From assembly GCA_045634005.1 (NCBI GenBank), contig JAZQZL010000069.1:3075-67074 (forward strand): a stretch of DNA of 64,000 bases. The letters run 5' to 3'. The DNA is from Candidatus Flemingiibacterium sp. Its GTDB lineage: Bacteria > Bacillota > Clostridia > Oscillospirales > CAG-272. Every line of letters starts with the position of its first letter. Positions within the stretch are counted from its first letter, which is position 1. The translations under genes were made by a program, and so were the position numbers. This document shows positions 61,009-64,000 of the stretch, one piece after another. Below the pieces are notes generated by a model, which saw only the letters and a program-made list of their open reading frames with translations, was not told where the DNA came from and searched no databases.

Positions 61009-63014
61009 ATCTTATTTTTGGCTGCCTTTTCAGCCTTCAAGCGTCTGTTTGTGTTAGCGATGAGCGAGAGCACGATACCTGCCATAACAGCGATAGCAGC
61101 AAGACCTGCAATCGCCGCGCCGACGTTGAGCTCCTCCGCATCTGTAATAAGCGTACCGACCGTATAAACCGCATATGCAACGGTATAGCCTACTCCAAGC
61201 TGGAGTCCGATACCCGCCCAAAGCCACTTTGCGCTCTTCATCTCGGCGTTCATAGCACCGATCGCAGCGAAGCAAGGGGGGCTATACAGGTTAAACATCA
61301 GGAACGCGAGTGCCGCTGCCTTGGTAATCGCCATAACGCCTGCGGCCTCTGCGCCTGCGCCTTCAACAAGGGCAAGCTCATCCATATCAATGAGGTTTTC
61401 AAGGCCGACGAAGCAAACGGCAAGCGTGCCGACCACGTTTTCCTTTGCAATAAAGCCGGTAATAGTAGCCGCCGCCATCTGCCAGGAAAGCACACCGATT
61501 ACAGGAATGAGCAAGTACGCGAACGGTCTTGCTACAGATGCGAGAATGGAAGCATCCGCACTTTCTGCCACGGTAAAGGACCACGTAAAGCTCTGCATTA
61601 TCTGCACTGCCATATTGCAAAGCAGGATAATTGTCGCCGCCTTGACTATGTATGCCCAGCCGCGGCTGCACATCGACTTGAATGCGCCCCAAAGCGATGG
61701 GAATTTATATTCGGGAATCTCGATGATGAAATAGGACTTCTTCGCTATGTTTCCCGTAATAAAGTTTATAAGCAACGCGCCGAGGAATATGAGAACGATA
61801 CCCGACAGGTACATAACTGTGCTCACCCAGCCCGCATTATTAAAGAATGCGCCTGCAAAAAGTGAGATAACCGGAATCTTCGCACCGCACGGCATAAACG
61901 GAGCGAGCATAGCAGTCGCTCTGCGCTCACGGTCGTTTTTGATAGTGCGGCTCGCCATAATACCGGGAACAGCACAGCCTACGGTAATTACAAACGGAAT
62001 AACGGATCTTCCCGACAGTCCGACCTTCTTAAATATCGGATCAAGAACAACAGCAACGCGTGCCATATATCCGCAGTCCTCGAGGATCGCGATAAGGAAG
62101 TACATAACCATAACGAGCGGCAAGAAGCCTACGACTGCGACAACACCGCCTATAACGCCGTCAACGAGAATAGCCAAAACAAGATCGCTTGCGCCCGCAT
62201 TTGCAAGAAGGTCGCCAACCCAGCCCTGGAACGCTTCAAGCCAAGCCACAAGAAGTTCGGCAACGGGAGTACCTACCCAAACCTGAGAGATCTGGAATAC
62301 AAGAAACATCACAAGCGCGAATATCGGAATACCGAGCCACCTATTTGTAAGCAGCGTATCGATCTTGTCGCCGAAGTTGCGCGTTCTTGTGAGCGTTTTG
62401 CGCCGTTCGACCTCTTTAACGATACCGTTTACGAACTCAAATCGCTTGCGGTCGGCGAGCTGCACGATTTCTTTATTTGTAAGGGCGAGCTTCTGCTCTG
62501 TATAGGGAGCCTTCTGCTCCTTGCCGATCTGCGCTACAGCCGCGGCTACGAGCGTCTTCAGTCCGTCAGCAGAGTTTGCCGAGGTTTCCACAACGGGGCA
62601 GCAAAGCTTTTCGGAAAGCGCACGTGCGTCGATCCTGTTGCCCTTTTTCTTGTTGATGTCCTTCTTGTTGAGCGCAACCACTACGGGTACGCCAAGCTCA
62701 AGAAGCTGCGTCGTGAAGAAAAGACTTCTCGAAAGATTAGTTGCATCCACGATATTTATAATAACGTCGGGGTTTTCATTTTTGACGTAATCGCTTGTAA
62801 CGCTCTCCTCGGACGTAAACGGTGACATCGAATATGCACCGGGAAGGTCAACAGCTACAAGCTGATTTCCGCCAGAGTATGCCTTCTTTATCGGATGCTC
62901 TTTTTTATCGACGGTTACGCCTGCCCAGTTACCGACCTTCTCATTCTGACCGGTAATGGCGTTATACATTGTTGTTTTGCCGGAATTGGGGTTTCCGGCG
63001 AGTGCGATTCTCAT
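61005..63014 (-). CDS. feoB: Ferrous iron transporter FeoB
   Basis: Start refined to ATG 63012-63014 (MRIALAGNPNSGKTTMYNAITG, RBS AGGAGG). G-domain plus a polytopic permease. Confidence 0.9.
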   Translation of the reverse strand: MRIALAGNPNSGKTTMYNAITGQNEKVGNWAGVTVDKKEHPIKKAYSGGNQLVAVDLPGAYSMSPFTSEESVTSDYVKNENPDVIINIVDATNLSRSLFFTTQLLELGVPVVVALNKKDINKKKGNRIDARALSEKLCCPVVETSANSADGLKTLVAAAVAQIGKEQKAPYTEQKLALTNKEIVQLADRKRFEFVNGIVKEVERRKTLTRTRNFGDKIDTLLTNRWLGIPIFALVMFLVFQISQVWVGTPVAELLVAWLEAFQGWVGDLLANAGASDLVLAILVDGVIGGVVAVVGFLPLVMVMYFLIAILEDCGYMARVAVVLDPIFKKVGLSGRSVIPFVITVGCAVPGIMASRTIKNDRERRATAMLAPFMPCGAKIPVISLFAGAFFNNAGWVSTVMYLSGIVLIFLGALLINFITGNIAKKSYFIIEIPEYKFPSLWGAFKSMCSRGWAYIVKAATIILLCNMAVQIMQSFTWSFTVAESADASILASVARPFAYLLIPVIGVLSWQMAAATITGFIAKENVVGTLAVCFVGLENLIDMDELALVEGAGAEAAGVMAITKAAALAFLMFNLYSPPCFAAIGAMNAEMKSAKWLWAGIGLQLGVGYTVAYAVYTVGTLITDAEELNVGAAIAGLAAIAVMAGIVLSLIANTNRRLKAEKAAKNKI

Positions 63015-63068
63015 TGAGCTTCCTCCTGAAATATATACGTCCCTTTCGGGAATGATCTGCCGGTTTCG

Positions 63069-63090
63069 TCGGTTAGCGTTCGCTAACCGA
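63069..63090. promoter_or_regulatory. Palindrome TCGGTTAGCG-TT-CGCTAACCGA in the feoA-feoB spacer
   Basis: Perfect 10-bp arms. Contains the GTTAGC-N4-GCTAAC core also found twice upstream of feoA. Confidence 0.5.
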
Positions 63091-63129
63091 TGCGCGTAAA
63101 AAACCGCTCGCGTCGGTTTTGCCGCCATT

Positions 63130-63342
63130 TTATATCTCAATAGCCTCTGCGAGGTGGCGGTCTATACTGTATCTGCCGTCCTTTATCGAAACGATACAGC
63201 CGCCCTTCAGATGCGATATGACGGTGATAGCTTCTCCGCTATAACAGCCGAGCGAAAAAAGGAACGCGTCAAGCTCCTCGTCATCGGTTTTTATAGCCTT
63301 GATGACGTACTCTTTACCTTCCTCTGCCTGTTTTAAGTTCAT
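63130..63342 (-). CDS. feoA: FeoA family protein
   Basis: 70-aa SH3-like FeoA pattern (YVIKAI....L...L..LG...G..I.V). Confidence 0.85.
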   Translation of the reverse strand: MNLKQAEEGKEYVIKAIKTDDEELDAFLFSLGCYSGEAITVISHLKGGCIVSIKDGRYSIDRHLAEAIEI

Positions 63343-63374
63343 AATATCACCGCAATTCCTGTATAATCCGTAGC

Positions 63375-63426
63375 GTTAGCATATGCTAACTGCAAGGTAA
63401 AATTTATCGGTTAGCCTCGACTAACC
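63375..63426. promoter_or_regulatory. Two GTTAGC-N4-GCTAAC-type palindromes between the feoA promoter and start codon (candidate metalloregulator operators)
   Basis: GTTAGCATATGCTAAC (63375-63390, perfect) and GGTTAGCCTCGACTAACC (63409-63426), which abuts the predicted start site. Confidence 0.5.
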
Positions 63427-63432
63427 CTTGAT

Positions 63433-63461
63433 AGTATAACACGCCTCACCCAATTTGTCAA
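63433..63461 (-). promoter_or_regulatory. feoA promoter
   Basis: Minus strand: TTGACA, 17 bp, TGtTATACT (extended -10). Confidence 0.65.
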
Positions 63462-63535
63462 TAGCTTTTGCTAAATTTTTTCAATTTTTCGAAAGTAAAG
63501 CAACGTCGGGAAAACGTTGCTTTACTCAATTTATT

Positions 63536-64000
63536 TCAACGCAAACAACGCTTGTATTCCATAGGCGAGCAGCCCATAATTCTTTTGAAGTTGCGGTAAA
63601 ATGTGGAGAAATCGCTGTAGCCCACAAGCGCGTAAATTGCACCGATGCTGTAATCAGCCTTTATATATTTCAGCGAGCCCTTTATCCGACAGGAGTTAAG
63701 GTATTCTTTGAAGCCCGATCCTGTCACAGATGCAAAAAGCTTGCAAAAGCTGCTTTTTGACATCGCGCTGCGCCTGCACATTTCCTCGAGCGTCAGAGCA
63801 TCGGTATAATTTTCATTTATATATTCAAGTGCATACAGTATCATAGAGCGACTGTCGGATGCTTTTGGGCAGCTGTCCGAAACAGCGTAATAATTCCTCG
63901 CCAAAACGGTCAACAGCACGACCGCGTACGAGCGAAGCATCTCACCGTATCCAACACGGCGCTCTGTAAACTCGGCGCACATTTTCTCCATAACCGTTTC
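63536..64000 (-). CDS. AraC family transcriptional regulator (C-terminal part; the reading frame stays open to the window edge)
   Basis: HTH pair LEEMCRRSAMSKSSFCKLFASVTG and ALVGYSDFSTFYRNFKRIMG. No in-frame stop between 63991 and 64000. Confidence 0.7.
   Translation of the reverse strand, partial: ETVMEKMCAEFTERRVGYGEMLRSYAVVLLTVLARNYYAVSDSCPKASDSRSMILYALEYINENYTDALTLEEMCRRSAMSKSSFCKLFASVTGSGFKEYLNSCRIKGSLKYIKADYSIGAIYALVGYSDFSTFYRNFKRIMGCSPMEYKRCLR

Noticed and set aside
1-64000. Search for CRISPR arrays, tRNA/rRNA genes, IS elements, integrases or prophage blocks.
   Set aside because: I found no regularly spaced repeat arrays, no tRNA-like T-arm/anticodon structures that I could spot, and no transposase- or integrase-like translations in any listed ORF. 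The only mobile-looking piece is the small SLOG/XRE cassette reported above.

Overview
A 64 kb chromosomal segment from a spore-forming, saccharolytic Firmicute, probably a Clostridia/Oscillospiraceae-like organism. SpoIVB, SpoVB and an alpha/beta SASP are present. G+C looks mid-50s percent by eye; I did not compute it. All family calls come from motif recognition by eye on the supplied translations, because no HMM or BLAST search could be run. I found no rRNA, tRNA, CRISPR array, transposase or integrase. About 61 CDS are supported. Housekeeping blocks are yraN-rnhB-rbgA-lepB, apgM, tadA, fba, pfkA, gdhA, malic enzyme, ptsG-ptsH-ptsI and feoA-feoB. They are interleaved with accessory cassettes controlled by at least five AraC-type regulators. 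These cassettes carry GH32, GH29 and GH51 enzymes, a kdgK/eda module, two tandem DUF4838-like paralogues and two sialidase-fold paralogues. The strongest candidate for something undescribed is an 858-aa single ORF (48151-50727, minus strand). It fuses a full-length Tet(M)/EF-G-like ribosomal GTPase to a complete Rae1/YacP-type NYN endoribonuclease. It overlaps an upstream aldo-keto reductase gene and sits upstream of a GTPase-DUF697 membrane protein. Second is a module that occurs twice in the window (15.8-18.3 kb and 34.0-36.7 kb). It combines a homologue of the Anabaena sensory-rhodopsin transducer (ASRT), a distinctive M24 creatinase/prolidase-like hydrolase and an amidohydrolase-superfamily (lactonase-like) enzyme, with no rhodopsin nearby. 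Other observations:
- an XRE-HTH::L-serine dehydratase fusion
- Asp-box beta-propeller paralogues wired into the eda-kdgK operon
- 21-bp-phased direct repeats at several accessory promoters
- a GTTAGC-N4-GCTAAC palindrome present three times in the feo operon
- an unlisted 55-aa FeoB-associated Cys-rich ORF
- a Pro-rich upstream ORF ahead of a CNNM/CorC-type transporter
- a low-GC SLOG(DUF2493)+XRE mini-cassette
- a barnase/barstar pair
- an HPr lacking Ser46
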